64,000 bases of DNA, taken from the IMG/VR virus record IMGVR_UViG_3300042455_000321, positions 27,068 through 91,067 of that record; one strand, given 5' to 3'. The stretch comes from a virus. Positions 37,801 through 47,373 of the stretch are shown piece by piece. A program made the translations under genes and the position numbers. The notes below the pieces were generated by a model, which was not told the origin of the DNA, made no database searches, and saw nothing but the letters and a program-made list of their open reading frames with translations. Position 1 is the first letter of the stretch. Each line of letters opens with the position of its first letter.

Positions 37801-40401
37801 GTTTACCAATGATACTTGCCAGCCAGTAGCAAAGTCTTTTGTGTAATTAAACCCAACTTGGATATCTGTAACTCCTATTTGAGGATAATACCAAGTATCA
37901 GTTGTTTCTCCAATCCATACACAATTAGACGAACCATCATTACCCCATCTTACTCTTAATTGATTTCCTGCATCAGTAAGGTTAGTAGCAAATACATTGT
38001 ACCAATCTCCTCCACTATAATTGTAACCACCTATCTGTAATTCATAAGATAACCCTGTATAGTATTGATATATTTTAACTGTAAAATACATCATTGTAGA
38101 GCTATTATATGTAGCGACTGGAAGCTTAATTTTAATAGCACCAGTAGTATTACCGTAACTTGTATATGCTCCACCTTCTGGGCTAGTGATTCTTGTATTG
38201 CTTGAATCTATATAGCTATTAGATTGAGTTAATCCATTAACATTTAATTTAGTTCCATTATCTACTGTTGTATTAATTAATATGTTACCAGAACCTCCAT
38301 TAATGGTCATAAAATTTAATGAACCATATCCTGTATTATTGAATATAAATCCATAAGCATTGTAATATTGATAGCCACCATTTGCATATGTTCTTGTTTG
38401 CCAAGAACCAATAGTTGAAGTATTATGACCAAAATATAAATAGTTGCTATATGTAATACCTGCACTTCCATTAATGTCTAACGAAGTAGTTGGATTGTTT
38501 GTTCCTATACCTACATTGCCAGCAGCGTCAATACGCATACGCTCAGTATTAGCAGTTCCTAACGCAATAGTATTATTAGTAGGTCTAAATATAAACGCAT
38601 CAGCAGTAGGTGCAGATTGATTAGAACGGAATATGTGCAAATCTGAACGACTTGCTCCTGCTACATCAAGAAGATATGCAGGGCTTGACGTACCTATACC
38701 TACATTAGTTCCATTATCATATAACAAACTATTAGTCAAACTAGAACTACTTGACCATTTAGATACATAGTTAGTAGTACCAGAACCTGTAACTGTACCA
38801 GTAGGTATAGATTGAGTAGATAATGTACCTGAACCATCTGCTACTACCATACGAGTACCAGAACCAGATAAAGAATTTAATGTAGTTGTAGGTATAACAT
38901 AATATGATGAGTCTGTTAAACGAGCATACTCATTACCTATAGTACCATTTGAGTCAGTTAAATAAAAACTTAATATACCTCTTGTAGATGAGTTTGCACC
39001 CCAAGCTCCTACCTGTGTAACGCTTGAACCTTGATATGCAAATTGACCACCTGTTTGATTTGTAGTTACAGCACTTGTTGTAATTACTGCGCCATTAAAT
39101 CTACCATTACCATTAACGTCTAGTTTAAAACCTGCATCTGTAGTAGTGCCAATTAGTACATTACCATTCCCTCTAATAACCATATTAACAGGAGTGCCAT
39201 ACATACCAGTAAAATACAAATCTGTTGTTGAACCAGATGATAAAGCTTGTGCAGTTTGAAAATATGTAATACCTCCAAAAGGCAATAATCTTATTATAGA
39301 TGAATTATCTCTAATAAATAATGAAGGATTAGAAGGCTGATATATATCTAAATTTCCTTGAGGATTTGTTGTGCCTATACCTACATTACCACCTAATGGA
39401 TTTAATAATAAATTATAATAAGTTGTATTAGATATGTTTCTTGATTGGATATATCCTAAATATGTACTGTCTACACCTATATCAAGTATGCCATCACCAC
39501 CTGATAAGTTAGAAAGAACAACAGCTCCTGATGGAGTAGTAGAACTATAACTTTGAGATGATTTATCTACTTGTAATTTAGATACAGGATTTGTTGTTCC
39601 TATACCTATATTAGCAGCAGAAGTAATACGCATAGCTTCAGTTCCTGATGTCAATGTTTCATCAGATACATTAACTTTGAATACTAAAAACCCACCTGGA
39701 AATGTGTTACCTGCTAATATATAATTTATGTTATTATTACCAAATTGTAATATACCATTAGCTGAAGCGTCAGACCTTAATGAAGTATAATACGAACCAG
39801 GATATGCACTACTTGCAACATACATACTATTAAAAACCCTACCGCTACCAATAACATCTAATTTATATCCAGCATCTGTAGAAGAACCAATAAGTAAATT
39901 ACCAGCAGCTGAAAGTCTCATTCTTTCTAAGCTAAATGTAGTAAATACAGTACTTGAAGAATTAACATTGTTAATTAATAACTCATTTGATATATATCCA
40001 ATATAACCCAATCTAGTTCCAGATTGTGTAAAGTCTATAATGTTAGTATTACTATCTGTTCTTTCTATTGTTAACCAAGCACTTGTTCCTGTTCCTGATA
40101 TGTGTAATTTAGAAACTGGAATTGTTGTCCCTATACCTACATTGCCAGAGCTTGTAAGTCGCATTTTTTCAGCGCCACCTGCTTGGAAAAGCAAATCAGA
40201 GCCAGAACTAAACAGACCCATTGCATAACCACCATTACCATTAAAGAATATACCGTGGTTTTGTCCAACATACATATCTGTTGAAAAGTATGAAGTACCA
40301 ATAACGTCTAATCTATTAGTAGGGGTAGTTGTTCCTACCCCTAAGTTACCAGTAAAGTTGGCATCAATGCCTAATATTGTACTTAAAAATTTATATGACA
40401 T
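34831..40401 (-). CDS. long repetitive tail fibre
   Basis: Many ERMRI..GNVGIGT..P and TTDAG.KLDV.G repeats. Confidence 0.85.
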   Translation of the reverse strand: MSYKFLSTILGIDANFTGNLGVGTTTPTNRLDVIGTSYFSTDMYVGQNHGIFFNGNGGYAMGLFSSGSDLLFQAGGAEKMRLTSSGNVGIGTTIPVSKLHISGTGTSAWLTIERTDSNTNIIDFTQSGTRLGYIGYISNELLINNVNSSSTVFTTFSLERMRLSAAGNLLIGSSTDAGYKLDVIGSGRVFNSMYVASSAYPGSYYTSLRSDASANGILQFGNNNINYILAGNTFPGGFLVFKVNVSDETLTSGTEAMRITSAANIGIGTTNPVSKLQVDKSSQSYSSTTPSGAVVLSNLSGGDGILDIGVDSTYLGYIQSRNISNTTYYNLLLNPLGGNVGIGTTNPQGNLDIYQPSNPSLFIRDNSSIIRLLPFGGITYFQTAQALSSGSTTDLYFTGMYGTPVNMVIRGNGNVLIGTTTDAGFKLDVNGNGRFNGAVITTSAVTTNQTGGQFAYQGSSVTQVGAWGANSSTRGILSFYLTDSNGTIGNEYARLTDSSYYVIPTTTLNSLSGSGTRMVVADGSGTLSTQSIPTGTVTGSGTTNYVSKWSSSSSLTNSLLYDNGTNVGIGTSSPAYLLDVAGASRSDLHIFRSNQSAPTADAFIFRPTNNTIALGTANTERMRIDAAGNVGIGTNNPTTSLDINGSAGITYSNYLYFGHNTSTIGSWQTRTYANGGYQYYNAYGFIFNNTGYGSLNFMTINGGSGNILINTTVDNGTKLNVNGLTQSNSYIDSSNTRITSPEGGAYTSYGNTTGAIKIKLPVATYNSSTMMYFTVKIYQYYTGLSYELQIGGYNYSGGDWYNVFATNLTDAGNQLRVRWGNDGSSNCVWIGETTDTWYYPQIGVTDIQVGFNYTKDFATGWQVSLVNSFDTVQVQRYAAQVITSNSISSYGITGSGTTNYIPKFTGSTTIGSSIISEGSNLINVAGKISATGLDYSTIAVQSGSAQLKLERTATSAGYMYIGADDSGFKVFDSSFTPRFIVTSGGNVGIGTTSPTAKLDVYRGLQSDTITRANAAAYFWGSDIGLAIGQYASGPYGTWLQSLKYDNNAAFPLSLNPSGGNVGIGTSNPFEKLQITDGDISIRSTTNAGTWGSLRFGTTDGAYANAWAGLESDGQGIGINVANLKFYTSYGSISERMRITPTGNILIGTTTDSGEKLQVNGQGTISGSLTIGMTPSPFWNAKFKDYADGSGIYIGSIQAGGSKYIAGESYYNNSGYWYSDKTTATNINLDGGVMRFYTDSGLTPNTNFIPTERMRITTSGNVGIGASGGFNAVSGTETTLSIANSNIASIYLNSTSTGNKYAIYSSAGGTLQINNITQGTYPFAVANSGNVLINTTTDAGYKLDVNGADARLYSAGQAVYTIERGGSGYATAINYREGFNTYWYSGMLGGSYNYHIYDSNYGINKLSITQGSSWGVGIGTTSPNGQLEVFTSNYQRFSVSYPSTYVTNLGIGGQASIQQDAGNEILSITQNYGGGKITFNAGGGVERMRINSNGNVGIGTASAVGRLTVKEVSTSWELNTDADYVYQLAFNRDTSAYKIFQFRGSAFTFAPYDVEKVRIAGTGNVLIGTSTDAGYKLDVNGTVRFTSGANSVAFFDYYSWAINALKSDLSSGTSLAYLLGKANSNNNSATIIYNHSSDFSSSNYLGLGFYGNDNLLKVYASGNVQANTLAGSGTRMVVADSAGTLSTQAIPSPTTKSFGAFQEDTTQTAASSNTGYGVKFTTPDISGHGISVVADPFGDRTYILMSNGGFYNIQFSLQLQNTDGQIKDVTIWLRKNGNTTSDDIPATAGFVSVPNSHGGTPGTIIAAWNYFVEAAPGDFYQLVWSTSDHTRVSIEYYPAGSPPPSAASAILTVNQVD

Positions 40402-40406
40402 TAAGT

Positions 40407-41618
40407 TTATTTTTGTATTACTACTAAATATTGATTAGTTGATGGAGCTACACTAAAGCTTACAGATATTTGATTTGCATTTACAATAGCTAAATCTGTC
40501 ATAACCTGTGCGCCTGAAGCGTAATCATATAACTGAATCAATACTCGAGCTGAGTTTAAGTTGTGGGTAACGGTAAAAGTTGTATTTGTACCATCACCTA
40601 CTAAAGCATAGAAAGCTCCAACTGTAGCAGCAACATAAGTAGCTAACTTTAAAGGAGTAACTATTCTTGTATCATCTAGCCCAGTATTAGTTTCTGCTTG
40701 GGTAGCAATTTCTGCAAGACCTTGACTTGTCTCTGTAGCAACTACAGAAGCTAAACCTTGAGGAGTTACAGCAGCAGTACTTAATGTTTGACCTTGAGTC
40801 TCAACACCAGTAGCATAACGAGTAATACCTACAATAGTAGTAGTAGCTTGTTGTTGGTTAGTTTCTAAGAATATCCATTCGCTAGAGTTAGTAGTAGATG
40901 CGTTATCTTGGTTTGCAATAATAACATCACCAACTGCTAACGTAACAGAAGGAGAAACACCACTTGGTGTACCAGCTACAGTTACATACCAATAGTCACC
41001 TTTCTTAGTACCACCAGCACCAACAGGTAAGGTAGCATTTGTTGCATCATATCCACCTTCTAAGTTACCTAAGCTACCTACAGTTGTATCAACATAGTTT
41101 TTAACTGCAAGAGTAGTAGGAATATTAGTATTTAAAGGATTGGTAAAGTCAGTAACTACAGATACATTTGAAGGAGTACCAGTAGAACCAGATAAGTTAC
41201 CAATTACCGTTAAAGTAGGAACATCTTGTATCTTAGCAAATGTAACATTCTTATCTAAGATTTTAATAGTAGTTACAGCATCTGTATTCAACTTAGCAGT
41301 AGTAACCCCTAAGTCTTTAATGCGTACGTTATTACTACCATCTACTTCAATAGTAGTATTATCTGGGTTAAAGTTTAAAGTAACAGCACCAGATGTACCA
41401 CCACCAGAAAGACCAGTACCAGCATTTACTGCGGTAATGTCGCCTGATGCGATATCAATCCAAGTAGAACCGTTGTACATAAACAACAAGTTACTTGAAG
41501 TGTTATAATACAACTGGCCACTTACAGGGCTTAAAGGTGGCGTTGATTGTTTTTCAATTACTACATTGAGTAATTGGTTCTGTGTCAAATCGACGTTGGT
41601 GAGAAATTTGTATGACAT
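40407..41618 (-). CDS. tail fibre/adaptor protein
   Basis: GQLYYNT, GDITAVNAGTGLSGG, VTTAK, GLAEIATQAE, VTPLKL, THNLN motifs. Confidence 0.72.
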   Translation of the reverse strand: MSYKFLTNVDLTQNQLLNVVIEKQSTPPLSPVSGQLYYNTSSNLLFMYNGSTWIDIASGDITAVNAGTGLSGGGTSGAVTLNFNPDNTTIEVDGSNNVRIKDLGVTTAKLNTDAVTTIKILDKNVTFAKIQDVPTLTVIGNLSGSTGTPSNVSVVTDFTNPLNTNIPTTLAVKNYVDTTVGSLGNLEGGYDATNATLPVGAGGTKKGDYWYVTVAGTPSGVSPSVTLAVGDVIIANQDNASTTNSSEWIFLETNQQQATTTIVGITRYATGVETQGQTLSTAAVTPQGLASVVATETSQGLAEIATQAETNTGLDDTRIVTPLKLATYVAATVGAFYALVGDGTNTTFTVTHNLNSARVLIQLYDYASGAQVMTDLAIVNANQISVSFSVAPSTNQYLVVIQK

Positions 41619-41623
41619 AATTT

Positions 41624-42379
41624 TTAGTTTAAATATGCTTTGCCATCTACTGGCGCGCTAAAGTTTACAATTAATTGGTTTACGTTTGTATATGATAAAT
41701 CTCCTACTATCTGTACGTTTGAAATATCAACTGTAGTAACAGAAGGAAAAGAGTTTAAGTTATGAGTTATAGTCCAAGTAGAACTAGGAGTTGTTTGAGT
41801 GTAAATGTAAGTTGGGTTATTAACTGGGTGGGATTGTACCCATTCCCTTGTAGCTAATGTACCACTCTCATTTGGTATTCTTATGTTTCTACCAGATGTA
41901 GCTGTCTCAGCATACACATTAATAGAATAAGTACCAGTATCAAAAACAATAGAACCAGAGTTCTCAACAGTAAACAACTCAGACATTACCTCGTCGTTTG
42001 CTATTAGCTTTGCTGCTATAATATCATTTGTAGTACTATTACCATTATTGGTTACTTGTTGTAAGTTACCTACATTTGACATAGACTCCGATGTCCATAC
42101 ACCACCATCTGCCGCAGGAAATATAGTAGTTCCATTTGGTGTCCCAGTAGCGTTCCATCTAAAAAACCCACCACCTATAACATAACATACAGGAGTATTG
42201 TTAAATGTTTGTGATTGTAATACTGTAGTATTAGGAACAGTAACAATCCCTCTCTCACGAAGAGTAGAGATGATTGACTGTTGTAGCATTTTTAACCCAT
42301 TTGCACCTATCCAACTGACAAGTCCTCTTGGGTTATTATCTGCTTGGTCAACTATAGCATTTAATTGGTTTATATTCAT
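41624..42379 (-). CDS. virion structural/fibre protein
   Basis: LQQVT.NGN.TT, SGTLAT, W.ITHNL..FPSV motifs. Confidence 0.68.
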   Translation of the reverse strand: MNINQLNAIVDQADNNPRGLVSWIGANGLKMLQQSIISTLRERGIVTVPNTTVLQSQTFNNTPVCYVIGGGFFRWNATGTPNGTTIFPAADGGVWTSESMSNVGNLQQVTNNGNSTTNDIIAAKLIANDEVMSELFTVENSGSIVFDTGTYSINVYAETATSGRNIRIPNESGTLATREWVQSHPVNNPTYIYTQTTPSSTWTITHNLNSFPSVTTVDISNVQIVGDLSYTNVNQLIVNFSAPVDGKAYLN

Positions 42380-42381
42380 AT

Positions 42382-43308
42382 CTATTCTCTTGTTCTACCG
42401 AATGCTCTGTAAACTGCACGTGCAATATCAGTAGTAGTAAGTACGTCGTTTTTAGCTCTTAATAATCTTAATTCATTATCATATAATTGCTTGAATGCTC
42501 CACCTTCTCTAATACCATTACGTTTAGTAATAGCCATTTTGTAACTAATGTAAGCTTCAACAACTACTTGTGCTTTCTTAGGCAACATACTCATAGAGTC
42601 AACATTACCAATACCAACATAGCATAAATATAATTCTTTTCCAGGGAAATGCCAAGGGCAAGTAATGATACCTTTTTCTACGTTAATATTAATAGAATCA
42701 ATTCTGTTTCCATCTCCAAACCCAAAAGCTCTACCTTTGTTTTGTCCCCACTCATTATATAAGTCAGAGAAGAAGAAAGGTATAAATCCTTGATAAGGCA
42801 AGTATTGATTATAAGTAGGAATGTTTGTTACATTGTTAGCTGGTAATTCTGGTGTAACTCTTTCTTGTGTTGTAAAGTCATCAAGATAAAAATCAGTATT
42901 CCAAAAGTCAGCAGGGTCACACTCTGGGCCTAACCAATTAACCCATTCTCCAGATGTATTCATTTCACCTGGGACTTCACTAAACTCACTTGGGTTATAT
43001 TGAGCAATACCATCTGTATAAGGGAAAGGCATTAACCCAGTACGAACACCTACAGGTCTCCAAAATTGTCCAACTCTAATACCAGCACTTACATAATCAG
43101 AATAGTCACTAGGTAAATCCCACCAGTCCTGGCAATCTCTAATAAGTATTTTATGCTGTACTAAGTTCATAGATGTATATGACATTTCTCTTACAGCTTC
43201 TGCTGCAAATGCCAACACCTTTGCGTAGCTATGAACAGTCTTCCCGTTCTTGAATAGCCACGCATTTACAATTTCATCTATTGATACAAAAGCTCCGTTT
43301 GGTGTCAT
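42382..43308 (-). CDS. tail ring/connector protein
   Basis: DLPSDY.DYV..G motif, position in the ring cluster. Confidence 0.62.
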   Translation of the reverse strand: MTPNGAFVSIDEIVNAWLFKNGKTVHSYAKVLAFAAEAVREMSYTSMNLVQHKILIRDCQDWWDLPSDYSDYVSAGIRVGQFWRPVGVRTGLMPFPYTDGIAQYNPSEFSEVPGEMNTSGEWVNWLGPECDPADFWNTDFYLDDFTTQERVTPELPANNVTNIPTYNQYLPYQGFIPFFFSDLYNEWGQNKGRAFGFGDGNRIDSININVEKGIITCPWHFPGKELYLCYVGIGNVDSMSMLPKKAQVVVEAYISYKMAITKRNGIREGGAFKQLYDNELRLLRAKNDVLTTTDIARAVYRAFGRTRE

Positions 43309-43314
43309 TTGTTA

Positions 43315-43962
43315 TTATTTTATATAATTTTCTGGTGATGCTTCTAAAGACTCATCTCTTATTGTTCTAGGCTCAGCTAAGAAGATTTGTGCACACGCTT
43401 GAATAGCTTGTTCTTCTAACTCAGGAGAAAGAGGTAATGGGTCATTAGGTCCTAATGTAGATAAGTCAGCAACTGCTAACTTAACATCAATAGTATACAA
43501 ACCATCTCCAATTAAATCTCTGTATATTGTTAATTTTCTTCCGTCCCATACATAAGGTACTCTACCTAATAAAGAATTGATTTCTTTGATTTGTTGAAGT
43601 ATATAGTATTGGCCAGAAGGAATAGGAATAAACTCTGCCTCTGGATAGTTACTTGGATACACACTAAATACTCCCATTTTCTCTGGAAGATACATAGGTG
43701 TTACAGGTAACAATGCAGAACAAGTATCATTTAACCCTTGTGTCAATTGAATGTTTTCGTATGTACCTAACATAACGCCATCAGGTATAGTCATACCATC
43801 TACGTTATAAGTCATATTAAACATCTCAACTTTTAATAATCTATTTATTGCTGACTCTAATTGCTTTTCAATCTCAGCATCTTTAACCCTATCACGATTG
43901 CTTGGGTAACCACCAGATAGTATTCTTCTTACTCTTTCTATTAATTGGCTTTTAGTTGTCAT
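43315..43962 (-). CDS. tail ring/connector protein
   Basis: Position; D..PL..E C-terminal motif. Confidence 0.58.
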   Translation of the reverse strand: MTTKSQLIERVRRILSGGYPSNRDRVKDAEIEKQLESAINRLLKVEMFNMTYNVDGMTIPDGVMLGTYENIQLTQGLNDTCSALLPVTPMYLPEKMGVFSVYPSNYPEAEFIPIPSGQYYILQQIKEINSLLGRVPYVWDGRKLTIYRDLIGDGLYTIDVKLAVADLSTLGPNDPLPLSPELEEQAIQACAQIFLAEPRTIRDESLEASPENYIK

Positions 43963-44936
43963 TATACAGATTGTAATTGTTGAACTGCCAATGCTTGTAC
44001 TTCTTGAGCGGACAAGTTTACGCCTATATAAGGTAAAGAACGAGCAACTAATTCAACCCAATATACTTGGTCGAACTGAGGGTCTAAAGCTGGTATAGCT
44101 TGTAGCACAGCTGCATTAGTTGGTGTACCACCTGTTAATGTAATAGTTGGTGGATATTTATAACCATACCCAGGGTTAGTAATTGTTACTGATGTAATAA
44201 CACCACCTGTAATAGCACAAGTAGCAGTTGCTGCAACACCGTTAGGAACTGCATTGCCATCAGCATCAACTGGTGCAGATATTGCAATAGTTGGAGCTAC
44301 TGTATAACCAGAACCACCATAGTTAATATTGATTTGTTTAATTTGACCTTGCGGTAAAATAGTTAAGCTATTACCAGCGGTTGTGTACTTAAACGCAACA
44401 TCTTGTGGCATAGCTATATATTGAACTTCTGCTTGATAAGGAGCAGGAAGTTGAGTTCTTGGATATAACTGCATTGTATCGCCTTCAAATACAAATACTT
44501 GATTAGCAGCATCTACAGGATAAAGGGTTGATTTTAATACATCTACAATCTCTGAATTAAGATATTGGTCGATATTGTATATATTGCCAGAAGCATCTAC
44601 TTTCATCATTCCAATAAAGTGTCCTAAGTCTGTAATATTATAAGTAGGTTGACCAGTATTATAAAGATATATAACCCCAGTTGGGCTAGTTGTTTTTAGT
44701 ACTTTTCTTCTAAAGCTACTTAAGGCATCTAATGTTAATTGAGAAGAACCATAATCAGGATTAGGTGCACCATTCTTAATACCAGATGCAGTTTGAGGTA
44801 ATCCCCAATAGTAATTCCATAAATCAACTTGCCCAGAAGAAAGCGCTTGAGCAACCTCATCTGGAGATAAATAACCTCTACGGTTCTTATCGGCAATAAA
44901 GTTTATGAAATTGTATAAGTCTTGACCGTTTTGCAT
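43962..44936 (-). CDS. tail ring (head-tail adaptor) protein with inserted beta domain
   Basis: I.DK..RGY.SP.E....S.Q N-terminus, LYP, Y...P..V. Confidence 0.62.
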   Translation of the reverse strand: MQNGQDLYNFINFIADKNRRGYLSPDEVAQALSSGQVDLWNYYWGLPQTASGIKNGAPNPDYGSSQLTLDALSSFRRKVLKTTSPTGVIYLYNTGQPTYNITDLGHFIGMMKVDASGNIYNIDQYLNSEIVDVLKSTLYPVDAANQVFVFEGDTMQLYPRTQLPAPYQAEVQYIAMPQDVAFKYTTAGNSLTILPQGQIKQININYGGSGYTVAPTIAISAPVDADGNAVPNGVAATATCAITGGVITSVTITNPGYGYKYPPTITLTGGTPTNAAVLQAIPALDPQFDQVYWVELVARSLPYIGVNLSAQEVQALAVQQLQSV

Positions 44937-44951
44937 TTAAACGTATTTATC

Positions 44952-44963
44952 ATATAATACGTT
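44952..44963 (-). promoter_or_regulatory. putative late-promoter motif
   Basis: Exact AACGTATTATAT, 15 nt before ATG 44936. Confidence 0.75.
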
Positions 44964-44965
44964 TT

Positions 44966-45505
44966 TTATACTATCCCAATCAGTCTCATTATTGGCTTTC
45001 TTAACATAAATAACAGAATAGCTGCCAAGCCAATATATAGTTTAAATATAATAGAACCTTTTCTTTTGGACTCATTTTCTAACTCATATATCTTTCTAGA
45101 TTGGTTAGAACAAGAGTCAATAAGTATAGCTTCTTTTGCCCTATCCACTACAACGTGGGTTGTTTGCTTATTAATGGTCCTTGTAGGCACTTGACCTAAC
45201 CATTTAACCCAAAGGTTACCATTTTCTAAATACACGCTAAAATCGTTTACTATGGTGTCTAAATAGCACTCCATAGGCATGTTAACTTTAAAACTGTCGT
45301 GGATAACTGTATCCTTATAAATTATTGTATCTTTAAATATTTCTTCCGTAATTGTGTCATTAACGCATTCTCCATTGAGGATAACTTGCTTCTTAACTTC
45401 GGCATAATATTTGGGATTGCTAAGCACTCTCTTAACAGGGCTACAAGAATATAACACGCCAATAATAGCGCCCAGTAAGAATATATAAATAGCTTTAGTA
45501 CCCAT
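44966..45505 (-). CDS. putative unimolecular spanin
   Basis: N-terminal lipoprotein signal (VLYS-C) plus C-terminal TM helix, in the lysis cassette. Confidence 0.62.
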   Translation of the reverse strand: MGTKAIYIFLLGAIIGVLYSCSPVKRVLSNPKYYAEVKKQVILNGECVNDTITEEIFKDTIIYKDTVIHDSFKVNMPMECYLDTIVNDFSVYLENGNLWVKWLGQVPTRTINKQTTHVVVDRAKEAILIDSCSNQSRKIYELENESKRKGSIIFKLYIGLAAILLFMLRKPIMRLIGIV

Positions 45506-45508
45506 AAT

Positions 45509-45691
45509 TTATTTCTTTCTTTTAAGGTTCTTTTTAATTTGGATAACATAGTTAATTATAGCAAGTATGGATACAATAACACCTAATATAAATGTTACAT
45601 TAGTCTTGTCTAGGTTAGCAGCTACATTTAAAAACAAGCTTGCTAATAACCAATAATGGTTAGTTGAAGAGTCATGATTAGATACTTCCAT
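45509..45691 (-). CDS. putative holin
   Basis: 60 aa, hydrophobic segments, basic C-tail, coupled to endolysin. Confidence 0.62.
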   Translation of the reverse strand: MEVSNHDSSTNHYWLLASLFLNVAANLDKTNVTFILGVIVSILAIINYVIQIKKNLKRKK

Positions 45692-46284
45692 TAGAGTAAA
45701 ATCTTTTTATAGTCATTAAATCTTTCCAATCTGTCAGCAAGTCCATGAGTTCCACCATTAACTCTTGATGTAATTTTAATCAATGTTTTATCATCACGTA
45801 AGTTATCTGTATCAGCAATTTTACTCAAACCATTTTTATTCCAAAACCATATAGCACTTAACCCTGCATATTTATCATCAGCTACTTGGTCAGGATTGCT
45901 TAATATAGTTGGTTCTTTTGCCCATTCACTAAATGCTTTATAATTATCTTTTCCTGTTAATTGAATATAACCACGACCTTTATATTTCCAACCATCTTTA
46001 CTTGCTTCATCTCCATTACCCATACGATTAGCATAAACCCTAGAAGCAATCTTCTCTGGTTGTCTATGATATCCTTCAGCAGATGCTGCAGTAAAGTATT
46101 TAGGAAACACTTTTAACAAAGATTCTTTGCTATAGTTTAAGTTTTCTGATTTGAATTTAAACCCACCAGACTCATGAGCTGCTTGCGCTAAGAAATGCGC
46201 TGCTCTTAATGGTGTATTAATTTCATGAGAAACCATATCATCTATAAGGGTCTGAGGAACAAGACCTTTCAATTTATCAAACAT
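45691..46284 (-). CDS. GH19 chitinase-like endolysin
   Basis: AHFLAQ.AHESG, ENLNYS, YANRMGN, YKGRGYIQLTG, INGG-like VNGG..GL.DR. Confidence 0.93.
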   Translation of the reverse strand: MFDKLKGLVPQTLIDDMVSHEINTPLRAAHFLAQAAHESGGFKFKSENLNYSKESLLKVFPKYFTAASAEGYHRQPEKIASRVYANRMGNGDEASKDGWKYKGRGYIQLTGKDNYKAFSEWAKEPTILSNPDQVADDKYAGLSAIWFWNKNGLSKIADTDNLRDDKTLIKITSRVNGGTHGLADRLERFNDYKKILL

Positions 46285-46301
46285 TCTATCTAATTATGAC
46301 A

Positions 46302-46313
46302 ATATAATACGTT
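46302..46313 (-). promoter_or_regulatory. putative late-promoter motif
   Basis: Exact AACGTATTATAT, 17 nt before ATG 46284. Confidence 0.75.
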
Positions 46314-46340
46314 AAAAGCCCCCTATAAAGGAGGCTTTAA
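46314..46340 (-). terminator. terminator-like hairpin
   Basis: AAAGCC..CC/GG.GGCTTT imperfect inverted repeat, with T run on the - strand. Confidence 0.45.
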
Positions 46341-46407
46341 CATATTAAGTTGGTGATACCTAATCGCCCCCTAAAAAGAGGGCTATAGGATTTACACAAC
46401 ACAACAA

Positions 46408-47292
46408 CTACTTCTTAGGCATTGGTTTTTTAATACCAACACCATCTACTAATCTAACTAATTCAGCATGAACTTCTTTACCTATTTTATTACTTGTAAC
46501 AAAATTTGTATAAGCTGTAATTGCTCCTTCATCTTCAGTAGAAACTAATTTAACAATTTCTCCTTTAGTGTCAGACCATTTCAATCTGCTGTCTTCTTTA
46601 GATATAAATATTATTTTTTTATCTAATGCTAATGAACAATATGATTCAATATCAAATGATTCATCTTCCATTCTATCTAAGAAATCAAATGGGTCTTCAT
46701 GAGCAAAGTTTTCTATATTAAATCTAATTTCTTCTTCTGTTTCATCTATATCAAAACCTAAGATAGAAGCATAACGAGCTAAATCTTTAGAGTCTAATGC
46801 CATTGCTTTTCTAACAGCTTCAAGACGAGATTTCATTTCATTACGTGCTTCTTTAGCTTCTGCTTCAAAGTCTACTTTTTCTAATATTGCTTTAACTGTA
46901 GTATCTCTATTTGGGTTAGCTGCATTGAAAGAAGCCAATTCTAAATATTGATATAACTCATCATCTTTAGAATTACCAATAGTTAATACCATATAACCAC
47001 CATTCTCTTGTGGTTTAACCCACTCTCTACGAATAGTTCTTGACTCTGGATTACCAAACATATCTAATCCACCAACCATACCAACTTCAACCCAATCAGA
47101 TTTAATAGGGTCAAATGTTCTTGACATAGGAGGGATTAATAATGTAGCTTTGTAAACTGGAACTCCATCGTCAGAAAAAGGGTCTTCATAAGTTTCTAAA
47201 AAACGATAGGTTACTTTTGTTCCCCTTGGAGGAAGCTTTGGAAATAATTCTGGGCTAATATCATTATAGATGCCCATTCTTCTTAGTGCCAT
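46408..47292 (-). CDS. conserved hypothetical protein downstream of MCP
   Basis: 294 aa, gene position as in crAss-like capsid modules. Confidence 0.65.
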   Translation of the reverse strand: MALRRMGIYNDISPELFPKLPPRGTKVTYRFLETYEDPFSDDGVPVYKATLLIPPMSRTFDPIKSDWVEVGMVGGLDMFGNPESRTIRREWVKPQENGGYMVLTIGNSKDDELYQYLELASFNAANPNRDTTVKAILEKVDFEAEAKEARNEMKSRLEAVRKAMALDSKDLARYASILGFDIDETEEEIRFNIENFAHEDPFDFLDRMEDESFDIESYCSLALDKKIIFISKEDSRLKWSDTKGEIVKLVSTEDEGAITAYTNFVTSNKIGKEVHAELVRLVDGVGIKKPMPKK

Positions 47293-47336
47293 GTGTATGT
47301 GTTTTTGTGTGTGTAAGATTTATTGTTATTAAAATA

Positions 47337-47356
47337 AGGGGGTATTGCTACCCCCT
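47337..47356 (-). terminator. terminator after major capsid gene
   Basis: AGGGGGTA-TTGC-TACCCCCT, then T-rich on the - strand. Confidence 0.65.
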
Positions 47357-47373
47357 GTATCTTAATTAGTTGA

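Noticed and set aside
34831-40401. Diversity-generating retroelement acting on the fibre
   Set aside because: No reverse transcriptase and no TR/VR pair with adenine-specific differences was seen
44940-44951. Plus-strand AACGTATTTATC beside the real motif
   Set aside because: Degenerate, with no + strand gene downstream
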